A stretch of DNA of 20,000 nt from Spirogloea muscicola (GCA_009602725.1 WELB01000011.1:1339763-1359762), one strand, 5' to 3'; counted from the stretch's first letter, positions 9,369 through 20,000 are shown. The notes: generated by a model from the sequence alone, not told the origin. Translations and numbers: made by a program.

Positions 9369-12300
9369 TCATGCAATGTCCTCAGCCAAGGCTACCATGG
9401 CCACCCCATCGTGCTTCACCACGACGTCCACAAGGTCAAAGGTCTCCGTCAGCTCGTTGTCAGCCTGTGATACAATCAGCGTAGTGGCTTGTGCCAATCC
9501 GCGCAGAATGCTGACCATCCGCCTTTTACCCTCAGCATCCAGGTGCTGCAGATCAGATACATCTGCTGGTTAATGTGTCCTCAAGCAAGTCAGCTTCCGC
9601 TGGTGAACAACCTAAAGACCAGGCAATTATTTGGAAGGTGACCTTGGCATGACTCTAGATTTCTTCGAGTAATATTAATTCCCTCTATACCCATGACTAG
9701 CCAGTCTGTTTCACGAATGCCTTCTCAGTGGCACATCACTGGACTTCATGAAGAGCATTCACTGTCACTTGGTTTGCGGCAGGCAAGCTCCTAGTCCAAG
9801 ACATCAGTAAGAGCAGGTTGCAGTGCTTCACCTGTAAAACTTCGTCCAGCACCATGAGGTCAAAGTGCGTCCCACTTTTGTCAGAAGCAAGCTCAGCAAA
9901 GGCCAATGTATATGCCAAACCCTGCATACTCAGCATTGTGTGAGGCGCATCAGAGAGAGGGTAGTGCTTACATAGTACTGCTGATCATCATTAGCTAAAG
10001 GGAGGCTGCCGTAGAGAATGGACAGCAAAGTTCAGCTTCCAGGTGTTGGCAAGGTGCCAGACGCCTTGCCTTTCTGGTCAATCAGCGTCTCTGGGACATA
10101 CAGCAACTTTAGGACATACACGTCACATGTCAACAACAATAGACAGGCATGGTTATATATACTTACCACGCGGCGACGCTCACCCCCGCTTAGCTGACGG
10201 AGTGATCGCTCCACAACTCTGCCATCTGAATGCCTGACTACTGCCACCTTCTCAATCCTTTCCAACGTCTTAGTGGAACCTTTGGCCTGCTTAGTAGGCC
10301 TCAAGATCAGGCCCAGACTTCCACCAGAAAGAATGTCAAGGTACCAGCCCAACCTATCCTGGAGCAGTGACAGTGCCCCCTCTAGGACATATCCCTGCAC
10401 GCCACAAAAAGTGGAGTCATTTGCCAGTAAGGTGGATGGAATCATGCACCCACATGTACGTGATAAGGAGGACATGCCACCACCTCTCATGCAGTCATGT
10501 CCAACTCTTACATTTGCAAGAAAGAGTTGTAGACATAGAGGTTATCTACCAGGGGCTCACACACTAAGCAACCAAGAAGTTTTTGGCACCTAGTCTATCA
10601 GCTGGATATGACCTCAAAGGTCCTTAGGCTCACCTGCACTCCATTGTGTCCAAAGGAAGTGTCAGCTTCCCTCAACGACTCAGCACATTGTTGTGCATCT
10701 TTCAGGTCAGCAAGTGCTGATCTCTTGTCATCCTCCGACTTAGCAAGCAAACCTTGCAACAACTCCTTCTCACTCCTGTGGGGGTTGGGACCAGCCTCCA
10801 ATGCCAGCCTCTCAACTTCCTCCCTCTTCCTTTGTTCAATCAGGGCCTTAGCAACTCGCACTGCCTTCTGCAACTTGGTCATGCTCTCAAGCATGCTGGT
10901 TTGCCCAGTGAGCTTGAGTTGGCTGGCATTGTGACCTGCCTGGTGCGCTTGCTCTATAGGGAGCTGCACCCCTCGTTGAGTGTGAGTACGCTTGAGCATT
11001 TCAGTGTGTTCTGCAAGTTCCACAGATACTTGTTGCCCCTCTGCTATGAGCTGATGAGCAGAGGATAGCGAACCCCTCAGTCTCTGAAGCTGCTCAACAA
11101 AAGGCGAAGCAACACGAAACAGCTATTTCAGCAGTGAAACCACCAAATGTCCTCGCAACCGGCAACCTTAGTGTGGCTTGTCAACCTGTCCCATCAGGTA
11201 GATCATGGATATTAAATGGCAACAATAAGATAGACAGACCTTAGTTCTCTGCAACTTCAGCTTCTGAGTGCGACTAGCTTCAGCTGCCCTCCTTTTGTCT
11301 TTGGCATGTGTGACTTTTGCTTCAGCTGTACGTAGAGCTTTCAGAGCCGTGGAAGCATCCTGCAAAGCAGTCATTAAAGGCCAGACCTGTAGTGTCTTTA
11401 CCATTGGCAACATCCAGTGAAGCCATGGGGGTATTGCACAGTCAAGCTGCCAGCAGTAACCTTGAAGCAGGAAAACAACTGCTGAACAAGCAGTTACACA
11501 ATTGCAGCAACTCATGCCTGACAGCGAAGATCAAAGAGTCACATTGCAGAGGCAAAAGAAGCCAGGAGCCAAAGACTGACCTGCTCGCACATCTCCAACT
11601 CCACTCTTGCATCATCCCATTGCTTCTGCAGATGTGCTTCATGTTGTACTAGATGGTCCTCGCTTATCGGTTGCTTACAGAGCTGACAAACTTGAACACC
11701 GGCTGTGCTTTGTGAGAAGTCGTCCAAGGCAGTTCTGCACTCTTCAAAGACCCTTACCCGCACTTTGACCTGTATGTGGGCACTGCAGATGCAGATTAGC
11801 CGCCTTTCTAGCTAGCAGCATCACCATAGAAAGTACACAATACATCAAGTAGAAACGAATTTGAATTTGCCACCAGAAATTGAAAGCAGCTTCAGTAGCT
11901 GCTTACTGCAAGCGCATATTACTTATATTATTATATTACTTATATTATTAATGCTCAATTGAAGGTCAAGGGCGTACCAAGGCATCCTTTTCCCAGAACA
12001 ATCCTTTCCAAGAATCTTGCTCTGCTATCATCGCTAACAAGCTTGAAGGACCTTCATTTTCCTGCTCACTCTCTTCCTCAAGTTCGACATGAGCAACTTC
12101 AAGGGCCTGCTCTTGATCTCCGAGCCATGTCAAAGTGTCCTGTCCACCAGCTGAGAAAGATTTACAGTCTTGACAAGACCACTTGACAAGACCTCTGCAT
12201 CTCAAGCATAGTGAACGTGCTCATCTCAAGGTTGCCTGCCCGTCCACACCTGCAGGTCGTTTCTGCATGCTGTGTAAAGGGTGGCAGCCGCTTCGAGGTC

Positions 12301-15300
12301 CGCAAGTGCAACAGAGCCTCTATTGGCTGCTGCAGCCTCGTTCGCTCTCCTGACGGTAAAGGAAGGAACAACTTGACAGACGTCAGCCAACACTTCAGAC
12401 AACCTCTGATCAACGAAAGCACTTGCTAGTCTCATTTACTGACACAGTAACAATAGATACAAATAAGTCGATCACATACTATCACTGCAAGCTGACAAAG
12501 TGCAAAGCTGCCATCTACTCAATATGTTGGTGCTGCACAAGGTTGTGAGGAACCGACCGAGCCTCCTCCCACGACTTCTCCTTTACGTCTATATGCTCAA
12601 TCTGCACAGCACCTTTCTTTGTCAATTTACTCATTCTCCAAAGAAGTAGCAAGGGCTGGGTACATGGAGACGGGTGTAGCTACATGTGGGCAGTGGGATA
12701 TACCTGACTCTGCAGTCTTGAGATCTGACGGGCAGCTTGCTGTGCAGCCCCTTCAAGCTGCTCAATGCGTGAGCGAGCACCTTTGAGAGCTTCCTTGCTG
12801 GCTTCTCTTGCTGCCACCCAGACATCTATGTTTACCAACCTGCTGAGCTCCTCCTGCTTTCAGCCAGTTGAAGAGCTCAATGACAGGCAGTTGAGCACAT
12901 GTGGACCCTGCAAGGGACTCCAGCTCCTCATGTAGCAATTATGGGTAGACAAACAAGGATGAGGACCAACAAGTTGTGACATATGACATACATTCGCAGG
13001 TGCTACAAAGCTCTGGAGGAGGCAGACGAGTGGCGAATCTGACAATCTAATTAGTCATTTATCATTCAATTTCTGACCTTAAATTCCTTATCAGTTGATT
13101 CAAGCAGGCCTGCAGCTTCGTGCTGCCCGTGAAACACAGTCTGATGCAGCACGGAAGTGTCTCTGCAATATCAAGCATCGGACTGATTGACTACATTGTG
13201 ATGAGAACAACAGCTGTGGCTCAACAAGTGCAACCATAGCAAACTCCGCTAATCTTGGCAACATCACTCATTATATTGGCAGCATCTATAGCATTTGCAA
13301 GCACGCAATGAATCAAAGGAGCATGATGTTGCAATCGATACAAATGAATCCAAGTGCATTCTCACATCAGGTCATCAATACACTGCTGTGTGAGGCGCAT
13401 ATCTTGGCAGGTTCTCTCCTCTGTGTCTAACACAAAGCGCAGCATAGGCTTCCTGGCCTCGTGAACACAAAGGGTCAGCAGTTGCTATGCAGATATCAGC
13501 TATGATAAATTGTTGTTCTACTTCTCAGATGAAGCCCAGGGAGCCAATATTTGCTGTTAGATCCGTTGTACCTGCCAGCCTGGCGCTCAACTGTGAATGG
13601 GCTGCCGTTGACGACGCCCTCTACACGCACTCTGGCATGGGCACTGGATTGGTGGACTACTTCTGACGTTGACAATCCCCTAATGGAATCTGGTCGAGTG
13701 TCTGTGGAACCTGTAAGGCCCAGCCAAGAAAAATGAGTCCTCCATAACACAAACCAAAGTTTCCATACATTGTCACCATGCTGGCAAAGACAGCCGATGA
13801 CACTTAGAAGCAACCGAGTCATAACTACACAAACAAATGTCATTAAAGCTGTTGCAAATGTTTGTCGCACGTGAAGGGTTCTAGGAGTACCTGTAAGTGC
13901 CCAAAGGGGGGCCATCACAAGATATGTCTTCCCGGCTCCATTGCTGCTTGAGCCACTGGTGTCCTTGTTCATGCCAGTAACAATCCTGACACCCCTGTTG
14001 GACAGTGGATACCTCACGACACCCTTGAAGGGGCCAAAACCTTCCAGCTCGACCATGTCAAGCCTTACATGTGCTGACAACGCAATGAACATCGCACGCA
14101 CACAACCTCATCAGCACAGTGCCTGTAAAGCCATGACCAAATGCAATACTCTCAGATGTCCCCTGGAAGTAAAATTACCTGTGCATCGGCAGAGCTGGCG
14201 CACTGCAATCTCTCAGCATTCTTGCAACCCCTAAGATAGGTCTGGACGAAGGCCTCTCATAGCTCACATTGGGGTCTTTGCAGGAGCCTACTGGGGACGT
14301 TGAGGCTCTTCAAAATATTGAGCCCAGCTTTTGTGGCCCCTTTGCTCAAATTAATATGGTCAGCATAAGCTGAAAATAAAGCAAATGCGTCCTGGGCCAA
14401 GTCCCAATCTATGCAGGTTAGCCGGAGGGCTGGGAGGACATAAGCTACTTCAGGAGGCAGCAAGTCAGGGTCTAGTCTTTGCTCAGCAACAGGAGCAAGG
14501 AGTTAAGTACGGATGTACAAGGAGAGGGCTTACCAAGTCCTCGGCATTGGCTATACGAGGGCTTGATGCCACAATTGAACGAACAAGCTCAACTTCCAAG
14601 CCCTTTCCCCGCAGAATTTCCTGCGAAACCAATCTTGTCTGTCAAACAAGCTACTCAATCGCCTGACTTGTGCATGTTCAGCACACTAAGGATCATACTC
14701 TTTGCGTGATTGCACCAAAGTCAACCTTCTGCAACACTATCCATTTCAGTCTTATTGACAGGTCTCCATAAATTGGGACAAATTACCAAAACCAGATAGC
14801 CAGTCACGTATTTTAACAGCATCTGATCACTGATCGTAGGAGCCCAAGTAAGCAAGAGGGTCAAGCAGACATGCCATCTCCATATCCAGTGTCTCCTGAG
14901 CCAAATCAGGTGGAAGAAACCAGCGCACACGGTCTCCTGCCCTTGCAGACTGCAGCACCTCTGATGGCAAGCGACCCTCTTTGGGTATTACGAAGTGATG
15001 TGGCCCGTAGTTCACAATGACATCCTCTAACTTCTGCACAATGCATGTATGCAATTCTCCTTTAGGAAATGGCATACAGAAAGGATGACCTAGAGAAGCT
15101 CCCTCATTATTCCACTGACGTCTACCTTTTGATACCCTCACATGGCAGATATGATGTACATGACAAGCTGCCTATGCCCAGGAGTCAGTATCTCAATTCC
15201 TACATGGCCATCAAGCAGTACTTGGCACACACAGCAAATGCACGGTATACTCAGACTGGCACCTGCACAGGAAGAGCTGCACCTGCCACGTCCGGTCAAG

Positions 15301-17169
15301 CACCATGAGTCGCTTCACTTGCCCAGCCTCGCTAGCCGAGATCTGGTAAGGTGATCCAACGTACTCAATTTGAGTCTGCTCCACTTTATGAGGCTTGTGG
15401 TAGTGCCCAGTGTAGATGAGCAAATCTGGTGGAAAGAACGAAGGATCAAACCCCTCCTTGGCTTGATAGTCCTCATTGATAGTTGCTCCAACCTGAAACA
15501 AAGGTTGCGCAGCACATCAGTCATGGAGGAGCCTAAGGCAGCACCATACATACTATGACAAACAAGCTGAGCAGGTATGAGTTAAGTGCATGACAAGTGA
15601 GGTGATAAGTTCTCTCCCTGATTGCAGCAATTGTCTTTTCGCTCTGTAGCTTAAGAAATCTGCAGATGCCATGGGTGCTTGATATCTCAAAGTCTTGCAG
15701 TTGAGCGAGCTGCGCACCACGTCAATGTGACAAAGCACAGCCTTGACAGCTGCTGTTGAGCTGGAAAAAACCCTCAGGCTGGCTTCAATCAGAGAGTGGT
15801 CTCTCCTGTAAGGCAGCCAGAGAGCTCCAAGGTACTCAGTGGGCTCTGAGAATACAAGTATCTTCTCATTAGCTGCCTCAAGAGCTTCCAAGGCATGCAC
15901 CTCACCACCCAAAGTCACCTGCACTCACTCAGGGGGTTACTATGATATTCATGTCCTGTAGCATCACATGATCCTTCTGACGTGCCCTTGATGTGAATAC
16001 GCTGACCTTGCTGGCACACAGGTCTCGCTATGCTGATCATGTTTTGCACTCTCATCAGGCTTTTTTGGCATATGACACTGAGCCCTTGATCCACTCCCCA
16101 ACATTACATTACTTTCAAAGACTGTGCTGCTGAAGGCTGGCCATCACAGTACAGAAGGTCTACACGGTGGAGCTTGTGGCTTGGGCTTCGAAACACAATG
16201 TATCAGGGTGATCAAGTGGAACAGCAAAGCAAATATGACCGCTGCAGGCAACTGGTGAGCCAACACTTGTGAAACATAAGACTCGTACTGAAGACAGAGC
16301 AAGATACAAATTACAGAAGGAGCTTGACTCCGCAAACGGGCTGCCTTGCATGATGAAGTCACCTGGTCATGATTGCCTGTGATGAAAATGGCAGGTTGAG
16401 TCCAGGACTGAAGCTCCTTCAGGGCACCATTAAGCGGCTCCACCGGGAGTGCTCCTCTCGCGTGCCAGAAGTCCCCTAAGAAGATGATGCCAGCCTCTCT
16501 GTCATGTTCAAGCAGATAAGGTCATGCAAAATTAGGGCATTGCAAAGTTGACGCGCTGCTAGGATACTGTGACGCTTGAAATACATGTAAATAGCAGTAG
16601 GTGGCAGTCCAAAAAGTAAAGACGTGCAGTGACCAATTGACCATGTATTTGGGGCCAGTGCGGTTGCACCTGGCAACTGCGGCGGCGTGGACGGCCTGCA
16701 GGACCTGGATGCATATCTCACACGTCCGTCGGCTGAGGTGAAGGTCCGAGAACACCACCCAGCGAGCGACGGTGGCCCACGGTGCACCGTCCGTGGCTGC
16801 CATCCTCTGGAGCCATCATAGGAGCCGGCAAGTCACGAATATGTGAAGAATGAGCCCTCTACCAATTGGTTAGCAGAGCATAAGCACTCAGGCTTGATTA
16901 CAGACGACACTAAGATAAGAGCGCCAGGACGAAGCGCCAGGAGGTCGACCTTGACGATTGGCAGTGTGGTCAGCGGCTGCTGTTGTGGAGGCGGCCGCGC
17001 GGCCTGCGCGGGCTGCAGCTCCGCGGGGCTGCCGAAGACAGGCGCCGATGGCTTCTTGGCAGCCCTGCGCTTGCGCGTCTTCACGGGCAGCTCCTCCAGC
17101 GCCCCGGGCGCCGGGCCGGCAGCGGCGGNCCGCGGCCGTCAAAGGCGGCGGCGGCGGCGGCGGCGGCAT
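9369..17169 (-). CDS. Single-chain SbcD/Mre11-like metallophosphoesterase fused to an SbcC/Rad50-like SMC ATPase (~1,160 aa, 22 exons), putatively organellar
   Basis: Exons: ~17169-16950, 16806-16670, 16498-16363, 15918-15718, 15492-15283, 15033-14875, 14620-14534, 14391-14268, 14073-13891, 13710-13572, 13452-13366, 13162-13078, 12853-12704, 12601-12558, 12349-12250, 12139-11978, 11769-11581, 11359-11240, 11089-10634, 10394-10167, 9921-9832, 9545-9369. Phases are consistent, with one inferred GC donor. Nuclease motifs: FSDLH, LGDFWH, GNHD, CHIDV, GHYH, YVGSP. ATPase motifs: Walker A NGAGKT, Q-loop FHGQ, hook CQLCKQP, signature LSGGE, Walker B/D-loop LMVLDEVLQHLD. Exon 1 is interrupted by N at 17129, so the start is tentative. 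Confidence 0.88.
11916..11949. repeat. AT-rich 17-bp tandem duplication in an intron
   Basis: ATATTACTTATATTATT x2, exact. Confidence 0.85.
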
Positions 17170-17649
17170 GGCGGGGCGGGGCCGGCGCGCGGCGCGGGCG
17201 AGGCTGTGGAAGCAGTGGCCCACGGGCCATCGTTGGAGGCCCATCTGTTCTTTCAATCCCCAGGTCCTTTCTATCAAATGGGCGAGCACTTTCTTCTTCT
17301 TTTTTATCAAGCCGGCCTCTTCGCGCTGGCCACAGGAAAATTCTTATCATTATCACCAGAAGCCGCATTCATCGTTGTTTTGGGATCATACGCATTCATT
17401 CAGCACGGCCATTTGCAGCCGGTGCACTGTCGGGATTTGTTTGTGCTCACCCGTGTACTGATGTCACCTTAGGCACCTTGGTTTCGGTTTCCGTATCATG
17501 TAGCCCTGTTTATTTGCCCTAGATTCTGCCTGAACAATGTGTCGGCTTGAATTGGCCTTCATTCATTTCATGCGCCCCGCGCGCCTTCTCTCTTGACGTT
17601 CGGGCAGCCGGAGAAGAAGCGGAGGCCGACGTCGCATGGCGCCACTCAC

Positions 17650-17705
17650 AAGAAGAAAGTGCTCGCCCATTGAGAATAAGAAGAAAGTGCTCGCCCATTG
17701 AGAAT
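17650..17705. repeat. 28-bp perfect tandem repeat x2, with an exact inverted copy at 18056-18083
   Basis: AAGAAGAAAGTGCTCGCCCATTGAGAAT at 17650-17677 and 17678-17705. Reverse complement at 18056-18083; partial copies at ~17278-17298 and ~19798-19815. Confidence 0.9.
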
Positions 17706-17776
17706 AGGGGACAACATCCATTCTTTTTTGGCTGGCTTCTGCCAGCCCCTCTCTTCTATGGGCGAGCTCATCTCTT

Positions 17777-18047
17777 GAACAACCAGCCCGAAAAAGAATG
17801 AACAGAGTACGAGAAGGGGGCCAGGGGAAGCGCTAAGAAACAGAAACAAAGCAGCTACGAGACACTCAGTAACCCCTGCTAAGCAGCCGCAGATCAGAGA
17901 TGCTGGGCTACTCACAGCAGCCACAGAGCCGCCCCGTGCGCAGCCTGCAGCACCAAGCTCCACCATTTTAGACCTTTATATAGTTTCTTAGCGCTTCCCC
18001 TGGCCCCCTTCTCGTACTCTGTTCATTCCTTTTCGGGCTGGTTGTTC
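17777..18047. repeat. Foldback: 65-bp inverted arms around a 141-bp spacer (MITE-like or hairpin-RNA-like)
   Basis: 17777-17841 and 17983-18047 are reverse complements at 64/65 positions. No target-site duplication seen. Confidence 0.9.
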
Positions 18048-18081
18048 CAGCCCCCATTCTCAATGGGCGAGCACTTTCTTC

Positions 18082-18143
18082 TTTATATTGTGATTGCCAG
18101 CCCTTAGCACGGTTTATATTGTAATCGCCAGCCCTTTAGCACG
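18082..18143. repeat. ~31-bp imperfect tandem repeat x2
   Basis: tttatattgtgattgccagcccttagcacg and tttatattgtaatcgccagccctttagcacg; both contain the CCAGCCC half-site. Confidence 0.8.
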
Positions 18144-18352
18144 CCTTCGACTTGCTGCCTCGTTTGCCACGGTGAGCATGCGCCAATCCAACGGACCCAT
18201 GCTTTGGGCCGTCGGGCGGTCAGAGTCTACGAACTTGGACGTACCTACATCGGGCCACTACCGCTGAAGTGTGTACCCGCTCTTTTCATCGGCTGGGCGC
18301 TGTCCGAGTGGCCTCAGACATCTGCTGTGGCGGCAGGCCCCCTAACAAGGCG

Positions 18353-19158
18353 TGTGGCATTAAGCCCTCGTATAGCTGATGCCGAGGACTTGGTAAGCCC
18401 TGTACTTGCACGTCCATATGTAACTCCTTGCTCCTGTAGCTGAGCAAAGACAAGACCCTGACTTGCTGCCTCCTAAGTAGCTTATTTCCTCCCGGCTCTG
18501 TGGCTAACCTGCATCAATTGGGATTTGGCCCAGGATGCATTCGTTTATTTTCAGCTTATGCCAACCAAACTAGTCTGAGTAAAGGGGCCACAAAAGCTGG
18601 GCTTGACATTCTGAAGAGCCTCAATGTCCCCGCTAGGCTCCTGCAAAGACCTCAATGTGAGCTATCATAGGCCTTCATCCAGGGCTTTCTTAGTTCTTGC
18701 AAGAATGCTGAGGGAATGCAGTGTATCAGCTCTGCAGATGCATAGTATCTGTGCTTCCAGAAGACATCTGAGATTAATGCATTTGGCTATTGCTTCACAG
18801 GCGCTGTGCTAACACAAATTTTGTTTTGATGCAAATTTCATTTTGCAGCACATGTAAGGCTTGACATGGTCGAGCTGGAAGGATTTGGCCCCTTCAAGGG
18901 GGTCGTGAGGCATCCACTGTCCCACAGGGGGGTCAGAGTTATTACTGGCACGAACAAAGACTCCAGTGGCTCAAGCAGCAATGGATCCGGAAAGACGTAT
19001 CTCGTGATGGCCCCCCTTTGGGCACTGACAGGTACTCCTGGAATCCTTCACGTGCAACATTTATTTGCAATTGCTTTAGTGACCTCCTTTCGTGTGACTT
19101 TGACTCGCTTGCCAAAATGTCATCGGCTGTCATTGCCAGCATGGTGACAATGTATGGA
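18353..19158 (+). pseudogene. Inverted partial copy of the nuclease-ATPase fusion gene (matches 14573-13762: part of exon 7, exons 8-9 and introns)
   Basis: Colinear similarity through exons and introns with splice sites retained. The exon-8 copy has a 1-bp deletion (TTTGCTTTATTTTCA -> TTCGTTTATTTTCA, ~18540-18553). The exon-9 copy stays open (MVELEGFGPFKG...NGSGKTYLVMAPLWALTG). Truncated at both ends. Confidence 0.88.
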
Positions 19159-20000
19159 CACAGGCAAGGCAGACCCATGATTTCCCACCACCTTCTCTGG
19201 TTGCTCAAAGTTCCCTCTCTCCTTACGCTTGGATGTACATTGTTGGATCATCTTTCTCTTTGTTAAGAGTACCGGTCATCTGCCCTGCACAACAGGTCCA
19301 CGCTAGTTACCCTCTTTAGAGCATGGAACGGTAGCTGAAATATATGATCCGCATATCAGATTCACCCTTGATTCGGATTAGTGATGCTGCTTCGCTACGG
19401 CCTCCTGCCTCCAAGCTCACTTTGAGAAGCTTCGCTCAAGCTCCCATGCGGGAAGGCGGAGTGCAGAGTCTCCTCAATGCCGGAGTTGCAGAAGGAAGGA
19501 GGCTCTCGAAAGCCAGTGCCTACGGAGTCTTACCATTACGACCTCGAAGCGCAATCAGCCACTTATGCTCATGCCAATGGCCAGCCACCGTCCCTTCCAG
19601 TGCCAGGCAAGTGCCCGCGCTCTTTGACCGCCGTGCCCAAGCTGACGTGTAGCTAAGTTGCCACTGCTGCTGCACTTGACTTCAAGGGGCCCGGGCTGCG
19701 CACGGCTGCCTCGACCAGGCCGATCGGGCTCAAGCGAGGCGTCACCACGCGGCAGCTTCCAGCCGCCGGCGGCACCTGGTGGGCCGGGTCAGGACGGAAG
19801 GTGCTCGCCCATTGAGGCGGGGGTGGGGGGGGGCCCCTCACCGCCCCTGCGCCCGGGCGACCGTGCGGCTCGCTGCCTCGGCCACGCCCCCCCCTCCTCC
19901 GACCGCGGCGGGGAGAGCAGTACTCCTCCCCCTCCTCCGACTTAGCTTCCGGACGAAGGGCCCCATTACTCTCAACGTTGGCTCTCAACGGCCCCCCGCC

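Noticed and set aside
9369..14073. ATPase half as canonical nuclear RAD50 or a separate SMC gene
   Set aside because: Too short, has a CxxC hook rather than a hinge, and is spliced in frame to the upstream nuclease exons.
17650..17705. 28-bp direct repeats as a CRISPR array
   Set aside because: Only two abutting copies, no spacers, no cas genes, eukaryotic context.
18186..18198. TCCAACGG, MSA-like (MYB3R) element
   Set aside because: Isolated short match far from a known TSS; expected by chance.
18866..19147. 93-aa ORF with Walker A as a standalone ATPase gene
   Set aside because: It is exon 9 plus intron read-through of the duplicated fragment; the upstream exon is frameshifted and the downstream exons are absent.
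19344..20000. GC-rich ORFs at the window end as a gene
   Set aside because: Could be a promoter or first exon of a neighbouring gene, but there is no recognisable protein or consistent exon chain.

Overview
Eukaryotic nuclear DNA, GC-rich with many short spliceosomal introns; gene content suggests a streptophyte alga or early-diverging plant (inference). The ORF track fragments the genes, so I rebuilt them by hand from splice sites and reading phase. The window holds: a possible 3' end of an unidentified gene (1-916, +); an intronless plant-type bHLH gene (2437-3888, -) sharing a divergent, ACGT-box-rich promoter with a 3-exon SCO2/CYO1 homolog (4793-5648, +); a 5-exon DUF4864-like gene (6473-8388, -); and a 22-exon gene (9369 to ~17169, -) encoding one ~1,160-aa chain that fuses an SbcD/Mre11-type nuclease to a compact SbcC/Rad50-type ATPase, with a zinc hook, a transit-peptide-like N-terminus and Gln in place of the H-loop His. 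Upstream of that gene are a 65-bp-arm foldback, tandem repeats and an inverted, frameshifted ~0.8-kb copy of the nuclease/ATPase junction. A ~60-bp modular repeat with a GGGCTGG-N5-CCAGCCC palindrome recurs in nearly every intergenic interval.
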